This document shows positions 11,573-26,500 of a stretch of DNA of 38,517 nucleotides, in pieces. The notes beneath the pieces are model-generated. The model searched no databases, was not told where the DNA came from, and saw only the letters and a list, made by a program, of their open reading frames with translations. Position numbers and translations under genes: made by a program. Position 1 is the stretch's first letter. Every line of letters begins with the position of its first letter. Origin of the DNA: Perkinsus olseni (taxonomy: Eukaryota); the NCBI GenBank assembly GCA_013115125.1, contig JABANN010000331.1, positions 1 to 38,517 on the forward strand, written 5' to 3'.

Positions 11573-14500
11573 CTAAGAGCCACCGAATATCCGGCCGGCT
11601 CCATACCGCTCCTTTCGTAACTTATACTGAGTCACCGTACCACCACCGCCGCCCTCGTCCTTCATGGCGTCCACTGTACCCATACGCTCTTGCACTAATA
11701 ACACTCGTGAATCCTCTCGCCATACCAACTTTCTCCCAACTCCTTCCCTCACCAGCCACACCCTAGGCAAGCACCGGACCGCCTCAACAGAAGGCTCCTG
11801 TGGCGTCGTAGAGAACACGACCCCAACAGCCACGAACTCGTCGCTTGGAGGCATCGGTCGCCACACGTTCAACGGCACTTCGCCACGACGCTCAGACCAG
11901 ATCAATCTGTAGGCAATCGGACGCGGCAAGTATCTGTTCAGCCACTCAGTCATCGCTGAGGGTGCAGCAGAATTATCGACCTTCACCGAGTCCACCACCT
12001 CCAACGACAGACCGTGCGAGGGCTGCTTGAAGCTGTCCACGGCCAAGTCGCCGAGGTTGATACGGACGCGAATTTCAGGACTTCTCTTTGTCGTCCAACC
12101 GCCGCCGTCTTCTAGGTGAGAATATCGCCATACACTTAAAGGGGCGCAGCTGATACCAGATGATGACCAAATCTTGGTGAAATGGCGATGGGGGACCAGA
12201 CGGAACTTGTACCGTGTAATCCTATCATCAACATCGGATATTTCCAGCTGACGAGGATCGATCTTCGGTGTTGTGGCAGCTTCAATCGTCAGAGACTTGG
12301 AACTTTCAGAGCCACTCGCTACGAGGGAGTCAGGAAATTGCTCCGTCCACGCCTTTGCCGTGACGACCCCGTCAGAATTCATCAAAAACTGCACGACTCT
12401 TTGAATATGGAGATCCATAAGACCAGGAATATGGAGACCCTTCAAACCCGTCACCGCCAGCTGCGGGGTTATACCATCTCGGTGATGCTCCGACCAAGCC
12501 ATGAAGAGGTCGCTGGGTCGAATCCCACGCGCTGCAATTCCTCCCCTCACCAGCGAGAGCGCATTTTTCAATGCGGCCCGTCTTGCTTCCTCGGGAGATA
12601 TCAACACCCGCGCTATCGACGAGCCTTGCCACGACCCCTGACTCTGCGGTCTCCGGCGACACGCCCGCATGCGCAGCCACCACTTCAACCTGGCCTCATA
12701 CGGCACCCCCTCCAACGCTGTTTGCATAAGGGCGAGCTGCTGCGACGTAAACCCAGTACGCTCACAATCGACAAACTGCCAGAGTTGGTCGACGGTCGTG
12801 GTCGCGAAGGTCCTGCTGGTATCCTTATACGACGGACTGGCATCCAAGGGCCTGGCTGACAGGCCCGGGCACCTCAAGGAAAAGGAGGCCACCTCCACAG
12901 CAGCAGCCTGGTCATCCCTGAGTCGATGCATCGCTACTCGTATGTGCTCAGCTTCAACCAAAGATACCACCCCGCTCAAGCGAGGCCCTGCAAGGTACTC
13001 CTCCAGTGAGACCTCCGACGGCAGCCGCTTCGGCGAGGCGTCCAGGTCTATCAGATTCACAGCCGGCGAGCCCAACTCCTCCGATTCAACCCGATCCATC
13101 AGCTGCTTGATCGTGATGCTCTCCTGTCCCTGCATAATCCCGTCAACACTTATACCAGCCGAATCGACCATATCCCTCGGCAGGCTACTGACCAGCGTCT
13201 CCACGTCTTCTCGAGTGAGACTAGCAGCGACATCAAAATCCAGCAGCTCCAGCGCGTTCTTCACCGTTTTTGAAATCACCTCGCGACCGACAGGTTCCAC
13301 CGGAATGCCCTGGGGAGGTCCAAACTCAAACGTAACGATTACGTTCTTCAGTCGTCTAACCGCCCGCAGTTTCCAAGTATTCCGATAGAAGTTATTCGAC
13401 ACCATCATCGCCATCGGGAACTCCAAAGGTTCCGCTGCAGTTTGCCCCAACAGCCCGTTCGACACAGTGAGCTGATTGGCCGGATAAAATGTCTTGGCCG
13501 TCGCGCAGGCGTCCAGGCAAACTTGGCAAAGGTCCCATGGTGCGATGGGGTCCTTATCGCGGTTGTACTTCTGATCTGTCGCGTACTCTGACTCCGTCTC
13601 TATCTCCAACTCCTGAAGAACAGTCAAATAGATCCTCACCGCGCACACTCACAGTCGCTAGGGTGCGGTAAAGAGAAATCGACCATCGGGCCATTCAAGG
13701 TTGTTGGAAGAAACAGAACGACGGTCACGATGAGTTACTGGTGTGTTCGGTATAAAATGGGATAAACGAAAAATGGTTTTCAACACGAGCGAATACGCAA
13801 AGATGGTCGACCAAACCAGCACACTCTTGTCAGACGAAAAAACTTGAGACGAAAGGAACGGTGGATCAATGACTTTGGCACCCAACATATCCTGGACGAA
13901 ACGCGGTACACCCACCAAAAAGTATCATCCCAGTCAACGAAGCAGCATGAAGTTACCTGTTGGACTTCCTGTTCCTGCTCTTGTTCTTGCTCTTCTTCCT
14001 GTTCTTGCTCCTGTTCTTCAACCTGTCACCAACCGCACCTAACGAGACATTTTATGAAATAAAACCCTACCTGTTCGCCCGACAGCTGAAGGAACGCGCT
14101 GCCGTATGATCTCGGGGCGCGTGACACTGCAGCGGCGAGCTCTCCTAGACGCTCCCTAGCCTGGAAAATCCGGTAATTCTTCCAAACACTCAGCAGAATT
14201 TCTCACGATATTCTGAGACTTCATGTCGAGCCAGTCGGTGGAGTAGTTCCCCAACTTTCGCTCTTCCTTCTGGTAAAGTTCTAGCTGCAAGCTGTCAGCC
14301 TCTGGGTCAGTGCTGATCGTATGGTCCACAGGCTCCCGCAGGATCGACAGACATCTGACCAGTGAGATATTCCGTCCTCAGTTCATTATCATCTAATGCT
14401 CTCTGTCTTAACGAAGAACATGCAAAATTGAGGCTACTATGCCACAAACAAAGATGGAAGATGATGCCTTTGCCTGATGCAAAAAGGACACATTTTTGCA

Positions 14501-17500
14501 TGTGGCATACAGAAATTAGGCCATTCAACAGCCCCACGGACTTCCGACCATGGACGACTCACTTGGCTGATTCATCGGGAATGTCCTTCATTCTCTTCCA
14601 CGCAACCCAGCGCCAAACGTTTTCAAGGTTCTGCTGGCACAACAGGATGAACTGAGAACTCTCGCTCGTGATGGAGTTCACACATGCCCTGACAAAACCA
14701 AAGGAATACAAAAGGGAGACCCGGCGCACGGTGTAGCCAACCCTGCATTAATTAGTTAAAAAACCACACGTTCTCCCAGTGGAGAAGACTGAAAGCGCGA
14801 GGCTTCCCCTACCTACCGTGCAAGCACTTTCAATAGAAGATCCTGTTGTGTGATAGGGCGGGGCTGATGATCTCCCAGGATTTGATGGCTCACCTGCGGC
14901 GGACGAACATCACTCACACACGTTGATCGCATAGAAATTCGCAATGAAAATCTGTAATATGTAAAAAGACCGCTGAGCTAGAGCCTAACCGTTTGCCTAT
15001 CACTCAACAACGCCATGGTTGCTCTAACTCAGACTCTATCCAGTAATTTCATGCGTCATTGTCGGCCCTGATAGACGATCTGTGCTTTTCCAGGGGGCAC
15101 CTAAAATTCCGGTGAAGTACATGTAGGTCAATCAAACTCTACTAGTTACTTCATGCCTAGTCTCTAGTTTTCCGAGTGCGCACCTACGAAACCTTAGCCC
15201 AGCTTGTCGCGAGTCAATGAAGTTATTAGATAAAATCTCAGCATCCCACCAACCATTCGCCGCTCAAGTTTCTTGTCATATTCGGACGTACGATGCAAAG
15301 AAAGAGGACTCCCACAGCCCCCTACCTGCGTCGTAGTGATAAGACTCAGCTTCTGTCTCTGAGTTCCTCCCAGTCCCCTCAGGCGGAATGCCGATTGTGC
15401 GTAGTCCCTAAAGACACAGTACACAGCAGCAACGACCAGACGGCTGAAAACCCTTTGAGTTATTTCGTTGCAGTAGGGGTTGATGTAGAACCCTAGTAGA
15501 CTTGGCTCGTAGTGAGGCGACAGTAAGAGTAGTTGAGAGAACGGTTAGATAATGCGAGGCTAGTATGGGCACAGCCCGATTGTGTGGCCTACCTGAAAGT
15601 CGTATCCTTGCCCAAGGTAATCATTCCAATGCAACCCGCTGGCTGAGGGATGTCCATTCCCGTAGTATGGATGTGGTCGTAGAAGGTGAACCGCCGACTG
15701 GGTGCCAGTCCCGAGTGTGCTAGGGGGATGACTAACCCGTTGTTGGACCGCTCCAGTATCTAAGCTTAATCGCTGCCATACGTCAGAAAGCCGCCACGGC
15801 CACCAGTAAAACGTGAAATGAGTATCTTAGGTTGAAGCGTGCCATGAATGAAACAGGTCGCCACAGCATACCGCATTGAAGGCATTCAAAGTCGTTCATC
15901 GCTCATTTCCATGATATGCTCTATCACAGCAGTAGCAATATTGCCTCTCATGGCTGAGGAAACCTCATCACGTTGTAACAGCACACAAGAGCAAACAAAG
16001 ACTCGCTCCCCCCTCTCATCAATCATCATCAACTCCTCAGTTCCGGATGACTAGGCCAGACGCGGCTCAGCGTTCCAGCCAACTTATGATGGAAAGAAAA
16101 CAACTCCCAGGTTACCAGTCGCTCATCGGAGCTGTCGTCCAAGAAGACAACAGCATCAAAGGCATCCTCGGGCAGCAGGCGAAGGAGCTCTCGAGCAACT
16201 TGCAGGTTACTCACACCCGTGATCAGCGCACCACAATCTATCAAAGCGTAGACACCGTCAAGGGACGAGGCCTGAGACAAAAAATAACACTCCCGGCCAC
16301 AGTCGTCTACCCCATCAGACAGGGTTGGAATATCGCACGAACGAAGACAGAGCCTCATCCATCTGAGGCATTATCTATGATGTTGCCAAGCTCAGAGCTT
16401 GGCGGTACGGTTGCCGAGCTCAGTACGGTTTTTTCTGGCATAAGTGACGCGGCGCGATTGAGGTGTATTCTTTAAGCTTCTTTGCATGAAAAGCCATCCT
16501 ACTTGACGAGCTAGTGAACAACCTCCTGGTTGCGTGTAAAGATACACATCCCCGCACCGCACAGAATAAAATCGATTAAGACGTTCCACAACGCGAAGGG
16601 TTCCTTACTCGCTCGAGAAGGTCGTGGACGGTCCACTCAGCGGGAAGAGTAGCCAAACGACCATCACCAACAACAACATCAGTGTCCGTCAGAGTAGCAG
16701 CAATATGGCCATCACAACCACGATCGTACCTAGCAGGAGCCTTCTCCGCCCGATAGCAACAGTCCCGGCTTACTGGCAGGCCCCCATTTCGGTCGGAAGA
16801 AGGTCGTTCGGAGTTCCCGAGAAGCCCAGGCGATGATGGAACAGGAGAGGGGACCCGAGCTCTTGGCCGCTGGCGACCAACACGCCTGAGAGACGCCACT
16901 TTATGAGAACGCCTTCGCCAACTACGCTTACCAGGAGTGTGGGAGAGGGCAGCAGGGAAGGCCACGTTAAAGAGATAGTAGATCGTGGCGGAGGGCGACG
17001 CTCGACGCATAAGGTGCCACAGGATGTCTGAAAGGGTCATAAACGATAATGTCTTCACGAGTAGCCGCTTCTTGCAACGACAGGCCCAATAAAGACACAG
17101 AATGCTGTATGATAGAGAATTTCCTGTAGAGTTAAAACTATAATCATTCTATTATTCTCAGATAAGTGACAAAAACGCGCTTTCTCGTAGCTTGAATGCT
17201 TGATATTGATCGACATGGACTACTAGTATACCGTAGTACGATAACCGTACATTACTGAATACAGCTGTGAACGAGGGTTACGTGCAACGTGAAGAAGGGA
17301 GTTCGAGACCATTTTCGGCGTCAGGCCGTCGCGACACCAGAGTCGTGAAAGCCGTCGAAAGCTCAAGCGCAAAATTTTTATACGGCGCTCGGAAGAGCTT
17401 GTGACCGACCCCAATGACGAACGAATACGAATGACCCGAAACGAGCTATCTATCACTAATTGCTGTATACCAAACCATTGAGGCTCTCACTGGATAGAGA

Positions 17501-20500
17501 TCCGAACAAGCCTTCAACAAGAGTTACGCGAGGCACAACCGAACTCTGAACGCTATTCACCCTAGCTGTACTCACCCATCTGTGCTGTATCCCGAGGATC
17601 CACCAGCTCTAGTGGCCACAGGGAGTTTCTTATAGAATCCATGTCGTCAGCATCATCACCATCAGTTGTCTCTGCATCGCTGACACTAGGCTCGAACTCA
17701 TGCCATGCCGTACCTAAGACGTATCCAAGGTCGACCCTAGGACTTCACAGATTGCCTCACCCGTAGCGCTCTTGTCCGTGCCCTTGCCAATGTCGACCAA
17801 CGGCGTCCCATCCCACGCAAAGCCTCTCACTCGAGCTCTCGCTTCTCTCGCCCACTTGACCCATCTCAAGCAATCAGCTCGTCTATAATGAGGCTTCCCA
17901 ACCTCACTTTCCATACCATCTCTTGCGCAAATCACCAGCGCCTTGAAGTCCGACAGCCTCAGACCACTGCGGCGATAGGCGAGCAGAGTAAAACCAATCA
18001 GTACATCGGGATGGGAGAACTCTGAAGTCGCGCTAGGCCTGTCTTTCCCCACATAAGGAACCGCCATCAACCTCCGAGATTTCGACGTCGTCGGAGTTAT
18101 CCAATCTGACGGTAGCAGTCCGTAGTCCACCAGATGCCTCTTCTCAAGAATGAAGGGTAGGATGGTCTGCAGCCACTGGCGAGCCAACAGAAGGAGCTTC
18201 ACGTCCTTATCGCCCAGCGAGTTGCATATGCCAGTCTCGTCCTCACCAAAACCGTTCAAGAAGGCCGCCAATGCACTGTCAGTAACTTGAAGGGCCACCG
18301 AGTGAAATCGGAGCCAGATGAGAGTCCACTTGCACAACCACGGCAGCAGCTGCTGTTCGTAACATCCACGGTCATGCAGCAGGAGGTGGGGTCGATCAGA
18401 AAGCCATTCGCCCTCTCTGCCCCGCCTCAAAGTCTCCTTGATACTCCCAGCGACGTCCAAGGCGTCTTTCAAATTGGCAAAGCCTAGCGTTTCGATGTCT
18501 TCAAGCAACACGCTGATTATGTGCCAAGCCAGCTTCCAGCGCAGCCCGGCGGAATCCTCAGGACTCTCCTCACTCATTGGCTCCGTCATATCGAGTGGTC
18601 GCTTCTCACCGAGAGGCCACCGGAGCTCCGACTTCAACGGGTGTAAAAGCAAATCAACCTCGTCCATCAAAATCACGCCGGCCTGGAAGACGTCAAGGAC
18701 CTTCAAACAGCGGTCGATCTCCCCTTCAATTTCGCTCCGCTCGGCGGTACTGAGCGGCTCGAGACGCTCATCAGCGCTGTGCCTTCCGATGAGTTTTTTG
18801 AAGAACCTCTTGCCCTTCCGACCAGCACTGGTGTTTGCCTTGAGAATATCGTCGTCCACCAGCCTCTGGCGCAGTTCAGCCCATTTCAACGCCACACTCT
18901 TCAACGTCTGCGGGGTCGTCACAACAACAGCCTGACGACGCTGGGCCGTCAACACCTTCCGTAGGAACTTCCCATCACAGCTATCAGATCGACCAAAGTC
19001 AAGAGTGATGACAGAGGCAGCGATGGCCGGTGACGAGTAACGACCTCGAAGGACCTCTCGCGTGAACTCCAGGAGAGACGCCGTGACACAGCAAACGACG
19101 AGCTTCTGTCTACTGCGGAAGAGGAGGCCAAGCAAGGGCAGCAGCACAGTGGTCTTGCCAGCCCCCATGATCATCTGGTGGACCATTGGCTCATCATCAG
19201 CCACGGCCTTAGTGAACTTATTCAACAGCTCCACCTGTCCTTGTCGCAGTAAAATTCCAAAGAGGAACTCGCAAGTCAGCAGCCGAGGGTCATACGCAAA
19301 TCGGCCGTTCACGACAGGACCGCAGTACATACGCCTAGCGCACAGCTCCGAAAGTGTCTTCTCATCGCCCTTCCCCTTCGCCCTCTCCGCAGACTCCAAG
19401 ACCCGTCGAAGCTGCTCAATCCGGCTGGCCACAAACATAGCTTGGGCAACCACATTAAACGCAGCCTCAGGGTCCAGCTCGGCGTCACCGGACTTCAATT
19501 GCCGTAAGATGCCCGCTCCGTCTTCAGTCACGAATAACCGGATAAGAGTACAGAAGTTGACCGAGACCTCCTGACCAGATACCATCTCAACCCGTTCTCT
19601 CGAGCCGACCGTCGCATTGGCCAGCTCCGTAGCTCTTCGTATCAAACCATCCAAAAGCTGACCATCTTCCCGTAGCCTCGTCCTCGCCTGCTCGACCACT
19701 CCCTCAACACCCTGCGTCAGGAAATAGCTCTCCTTCTCCTCTTCAATTTGCCGGAAGCTCTCAACGTCAGCCTTCATTCGAGCCACCCATTTCCTCGACA
19801 GCGGGCTTCTACAGGCCTGATGACCACCGATGTCATCCAGCAGCTCTTCCACCTTCCCAAGGTGCTGCGTGGCCGGATTCGCCTCCACGCCGCTGCCCGT
19901 ACGGACCAAGCATGCCCCGCGAACTATGTCGCCGAGCGGTCTTTCAGCGAACGCCGAAGAGACTTCATCGCAGTGGAACTCACGCTGATCACGGTCGAAG
20001 CTCTCCACGAACGGGGCGCACATCCACGGCCTTGGACAGGGCACAGAGGTCTTGGCGCGCCATGGCGATGCGAAGTGCGGTGGCATCGGTAACTTCGATA
20101 TTGCACCGCCGACCTCACGCAGCCACTTGGATTTTTGCTGCCCCAGGATGTCGAACTTGCTCAGCTTGGGTAGCGGCGGCAGGACCCTCTGCACATCAGC
20201 CGACGGCGAGTCGGATAAAGTTCTCAGCACTAAGGCAAGGCCATCGGAACCTCGAACGCACGTACGAGACAGACAGGCAGCCACAGTGTGAGGATCATCC
20301 TCATTCCAGGCCTTGAAAGACAACGCGCCGGCGAAGACCTCATAGATGAACATAAAGTGAAGTGTGTCATTCTCCACAAGATACGCCACAGCATCAGCTC
20401 CGGAAATCTCCGAGGACTCCCCAGTGGACTTCGAGTAGCCACCCAGCTTGGTCCACGACGACAGAGTGCTCGTAAGGACACCATCAACGTCACCGCGACC

Positions 20501-23500
20501 GCCGCTACTGCACCAACCATCGCCATGGTTGAAGGCGAGATTTACGTCAACAAAGGCAGCATCAAGCGACGTTCCTCGCAAGATCTTACGCCGGTTCTCG
20601 ACCTCAGGCGAGCCCGTCCCAACTGCTATGGTTTCAAGGACCGCTAATTCGTCCTCTAGGGAAACCACCGCCCCTGCCGCCACATAACGCAGCTTGGACA
20701 CGTAGTTGTGCACTAAGTCGGGTATCCCCCACGGGAAGACGGTGTCACAGTCGTCGATAAAGGGCAGCAGAGCCGCGGTCAACCTCATCTTCAAAGCGCA
20801 AGCATCGACGTGAGTATCATTGAGGAAATCAGACCGCCCGAAAATGGAAATCTGCCCAACCGTGGCCTCATCCGTGAAGATATTCATGATCATATCGGCC
20901 GCGTCAGCGTAGAGCCCCGCGAGCCACTTCATGCATAGTAGATGTACCGCGGCGCTCTGGTCCGGCGGGCTCACAAACTGCCCAGAAACATGCTGGGGAT
21001 ACACAAAATGGCCACACACAGGACTTGCACTGTGCTCGAAGAGGACCACTTCCCCACCCACAGCCGCCCGGCCAGCAGAGAGACCAGCGGAGCACAGGAT
21101 AGCTCGAGTGCCGTAGTCACCGCATAGCAGGGCCGTGGCGCCGATGAACTCCTTCAGCAGGGCTTCGGTGCTGGCCGAAATAACATCACCACGACGAGCC
21201 AGCCAGTAGTGCTCGTGCTGATCGGACACCAACTTGCCCTCGTGATTTTTGAAGGTCAACTGCAGCCTCGGAAACTCCACCAGTTCGACCTTGTCGGCCC
21301 TGCCCCAGGCCAGCACATGAGACATCCCCTCCAGCCTACTGCACAGCGCAGCCAGCGACGCTACGTCAGAATCGCCAGCGGCGAGAGACAGATTGAGTAG
21401 CTCCAACGGTGGCTCCTGGGACCCCACAATTTGACGGTAGACCCGAGCGTGAGAGCGATGCTTGTCATCATCGCCAAACTCCACTGTTAGCACCGTCGGG
21501 GGCCGATTGGGTTCCGGTCGTCTCAGCTCACCAACTAGCCAGCCTTTGTGAGCGCCGCTTTGCTGCTGCCAGAAAATGTACTTCTCTAAGAGCTGCTCAG
21601 GCAGGAGTCCCCTGAAGAACCTTCCCGGCACGAACTTCTCCACTCCCCGTTCGTCCGAGACGCTGCGAGTGATCACCAAAGATTCCTGCGGGACCACATC
21701 ATCAACCTCCCGAGGGCCAGCATATGCACTCAGCTTGCTACCCACAACGAGCGCCCTATCGTCAAGCGTAGAGGCAGGCGCATCGCCATCAATGCGACCC
21801 GCGAGTGATGCAGACTCGTCGCTGCACCAGACGAGTTGCCTGTAGGGCTGGCGGCCGTGACCAACGACATCAAAGACCATGACGAGAGGCGACGGTCGGG
21901 ATACGACAACCACATCACGAGGAGAGCCTTGATCACAAAGGCCAGACAGCAGACACCAGTCACCACTAGCAGCTTCCTCGTGCAAGCGAAGATTCTTCGG
22001 AATGAAGTCAGTCCACGTGGGTAACTCGGCAAGGAGCTGTCGAGCCCAGTGCTGTGACGAAAGCTTCTTGCCACCCAGCGCCCCCGGCGACCATTTCGGA
22101 TCGACCGTCCACCTTTGAAGATCATGCCTTGACCCAACCACACGATACCATTCTCTAAACTGGGAAGTTTCCACCTGTGCCACTTGCACGCTCTCCGCGG
22201 TGGTCCCCTCGCCGAAAACTTCAAAAAAATCGGGGAACTGCAACGCCCACTCCGGCAAGGTCCCCGGCTGGTGCTGCTTCAGCGTGAACCGTCCAAGGTT
22301 CACATTCACCGTCAAAGCTGGCGGCTGAGTGACCCTGAGCAACCACGCTGCATAGCCCTCCTTCTTGCCACTGTCCTCTCCACGGTCGCCCTCAGAGGAC
22401 TCAGACTGCGGCACAAAGACACCAGGCAAGCCACCCTGCTCGGTCCAATGCCTGTTGGTCGGCGACTCACTGTCGCTGTTGGACACCATCTTAACGACGT
22501 CCTCCAGCAAGCTACCAGCCCAGGCGCCATCCGCTTTAAGGCGGAGATAAATCGGCCGGCGGAAGAGCGTGAAGGTGTTCATGACTTCGACATTATAGAT
22601 CCCTCCCAACACGCCCGACGGGACCTCCGGTTTGCTCCAGCGATGATGCATCGACAAGTACACTTGGGCCTTCAGTACCGCACCATACACAACTCTCACC
22701 TCTTCTTCGTCCATCTCACAGCTGCTCCGCGCAGCCGCCAGAAGCAGCAAGTGCGCGTGGGCGCTGTTGGCATCCTCGTACTTGCGTTTCCGCATGCTTG
22801 ACTCGCACCATCTCGAAACGATTCGCCAAATCTTGCCAGTGAGTTTCGACCTCAAGATACTCAGACACTCCTCCATCTCTCCCCGGTCGATCTCCTCGCC
22901 ATACCACTCCTTCGCATGCTCAACGTAAATGCACACGCGTGAAACCAGCCGAGCAGCGTAGAGAATGCACCTCTGGCTTGGCGCGGTGTCCCTGCCCGTG
23001 TCTCGCTCCGCCGCAGCATCCACCAGATCCCCGACGGCGACGGCGATCTGCTTCGGGCAGTGGAGAAGTTCGTTCATCAGCAGACCATCCCGAGTGTAGG
23101 TATTTTCCACCGGGCCAGGAATCTTAAATTTTTCACTCGACGGCGGAGCGGAGGTCCATCGACCAGGCTCATACAGAGCCGCGTCCAAGACCATCTGCAA
23201 CCTAGGATTCGCCAAAGCAGCACATCTGTCCCGGTCCGAAAAGAACGCCAAGAGCAGGGGAATCCGGACATACGGCGCTGTCAGGATCGCCAACACTCGC
23301 TCCACTTGAGAAGGCGACAGCGCGCCGTCGAAATCCGGGAGGTGTTTCAAATACAGAACGTCTTCCTCCGAGTGAATTTCCTCGTCATCATCGCACAGCG
23401 TGGACGGGTCCGCCATGCTCGGCACGGAGCGGCACTTCCCTTTTCTCTTCCACTGGAAGATCATACGCCTCATCCTCCCTTTGCCAGTCTCCACCCCGGT

Positions 23501-26500
23501 GTTGTAGCCCGCGCACTGTTCCAGATTTTTCATACCAAAACCGCCAACCATAACCTTCCCCTTATCAACCCGCCACTGCAATCGGGCGTCGCTGCTGCGG
23601 TACCCCTTGGCCGAGGGACTCGGCAATTTCTCGCCGTTCGAGTTCAGCACAATTTTAGACAAGAACACCACATCCCGCAGCCAAGCCAGCTCGGGACAAT
23701 GGTCCAAGACATCCGACCTCTCGCCGGTGAGCAGCTCAGGAACGTACTCCCGACACGACGCGCCAATCCCCAGCTTCAAGCCTAGCTGCTCGATCAGCTG
23801 TGTCTCAGCCGGGCCAACCTTCACGCCAGACACGTCAAATTTGAACAGAGTCTGTCGCTCTTTCTGACCTTCAACCACAACCGATTGGAGCCCTTGGAAG
23901 TACTCCAACGCCGCAGCACGGGCACTGCACAGCTCCGGCCACAACAGCAGCGAGAAGGAGCTCTCCTCGCCAAACACTCCCGGGTCCAACACAAATGGGA
24001 GTACAGGCCCATCAGCCTTTCCACTGTAATGCTTCGCAAACAGGGATGGTGTGTCAGTAGAGACAATTCGACACAGTCGATCGGTGAGCACGACCAGCAT
24101 AGTCGCGGTCACCAGGCGTACCGCGTCAGACGCTCTATCAGAGCGACAGTCAATACTGAATGCAGCGGCAGCAAAGTGTCTCGTAAGCAGGTGGGTATAG
24201 TGTAGCAGGAAGCTTCGGTTAGCCTCAACTCTGAGCTCGGGGAGGCGCCAAAACTCCTCGTCGGTCGGCAATGGCACCACTCGGCACATCGCGCTCGCGA
24301 TCAGTGAAAAGGATGTCTGCTGTGCTTGCGGAATCTCCTCAGACTGATTTTGCAGCAGGGCAATTGACGTGACAGCGTTGTACAGGAAATCACGGAGCTG
24401 GGCAACCGACCGGATGCGTTCGCTCTGCAGCGAGCACAAGTCCACCGGAATGACGATAGCTGGCGGCCTGGCTGGGCCCGCTAGACCGTCCTCATCTTCT
24501 ATCCTGGACAAGCGGTCGAACCAAGGGAATTCTGTATTCACCTCAGAGTACCTACGAACAACGAAATCTCTCCGGACGTTGCGGAATTTCACAAAAAAAA
24601 TATTCTACATAGAATTTTGCGTCCAGAATTCCAGAAAGCCGTCAGTTTTTCCACTGCCTCGAGGTGAGGTGAATATTGCTTGCTAGCAAGCTATTATCCT
24701 GAATTCTCGGCTTCAACTCGGTCGCGTTGACACCACTGAGAATTTTACTGGGGGGGGAGGGGTATATATACTGGGTATTTATTAACCCACAGGAGACTCC
24801 CAGACAACCCCGAGAATGTCCGTATTTTTCCACCCCTCTCCACTGAACGTCCTGCTACCCCTATCTAAATGCTAATGCCAACCCTTCTCTTACTGAATAG
24901 AGCCGTCCGGAAGGCTGGGAGGTCTCCACTGCTGCTGACTCTCATCGGGGCATGCCAGCGTGGCCTCGATCGCCGCCTCTATCTTGGAAGTTTCATGCGC
25001 TATGAAGGGCGATGACCTCGAATTAGGGAACCTGCCAGCCACTACTTCTACCGACCAAGCGGAGTCACATCAATCGAAAAGAATATTCAACACTGGCCGC
25101 CTCCTGCAGTCAAGATCCCTAGGAGTGCCCAGAAGGTAGATTTCTCAGAGAGAGAATGAGAACAGCTTCCACGATGCTCGTCCAGTTTATGGGTCGAGAC
25201 CCTCAGAGACGTGTAGAATTATTCAGTAAGCACACGAATAGTGCTCGGATTGCCGGAAGCTCGCCGAGTGCGACTACTACGGACTCGTCAAGGTGTCATT
25301 ATAGGGGTTTCTTTCGATGAAAGTGACAACCAACTTGAGTTAGTGACAACAGCAATACCTCAGGTTAGTGACATGCACAGAGATCTCCCAGTGAGTCCAC
25401 CTATGAATAATCCTATCGCTATCATTAGGCTGAAGTAACCATATTACAATTCAATCTATGGGTACAATATAATTACCAGTATAATTTACTGATCCTCTCT
25501 ATATTAAGACATATACTTTTGTCCAGGACGGTCCATCCATACCCAACTTACACTTTCTTATGCTCAGCAGCATACCAGGCCAACCCCCGGCACAGCAGCC
25601 GTCGAGTACGTTGCGTCATACCCATCAAAGTTTTCCCCGGTAGAAGACTTAGCACGCACTCCCGCGTGGACACAAACGCCGTCCAGGCGGCAGTGGACTC
25701 GTCGAAGCCCTCAGGCGAAGGCAACCATCGAAGAATCTAAAAACACACAAGTGTCTCTGCGGGATAGCGAGCACGTGAGCAAACCAAGCGCGCGGCTTAC
25801 CAGGCCCCTGAAACCCCGAGCCCATCGGAGCAGACCTCTCTAGAATGGTTAGCCGCTCAGAAGCGACTCGAGTCCTCTACGCGTTGACGCCGAAAAACGA
25901 AATCTCAAAGGACCACAAATTAGAGAATATCCATCCCAGAAGGACGCTGTTTTACGACTGCCCGAGGCGTTCTTTCTGCCGAGAGGTCCGAGAGAATTGC
26001 AAAACACACGGTTTGAGGGCGCAATCATGCTCATTATACTCGACTACCAGCCATTAGAATGATTCCCTTTAAGTATTTACAACATCCCCATTCTCCTGTA
26101 GGATTCCCACAACGGCAGTGCCACTCAATACTCAGCGACCGAGCAGCCCCACACCCTCCCCGAGAATCAAGCTCACCGTGTAGAGCGCCGCTGTGCAGGT
26201 GATAGCACAGGAATTGTCCCCACCGATCGCTGGATGCAGCCACGACGCGAACTCCACCATCCCTGGGTATTTCTGACACGATGATTCTGCCTTTCCGCTG
26301 CAGGTCCGAGTCGCTTACATTCATCTGTCCCTCGATGGGCGTGTCGTTCAAAAAGGGCAATAAAGTTCCGAAAACAAACTTCGCTCCGCCTGATTTTTTC
26401 TCTGGCACTAAAAGTTGCTTGAACAGCTCGATCCAGAACGTCGTCACTTCAACCCTTTCTCTCGGGACATCGTTAAAAATGAGAGGATTCAGTCGCTGCT

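Noticed and set aside
17714-24592. The 2292-aa ORF as a standalone gene with the listed start and stop
   Set aside because: Its ends run into introns (acceptor at 24552, donor at 17760) and conserved motifs continue in downstream exons.
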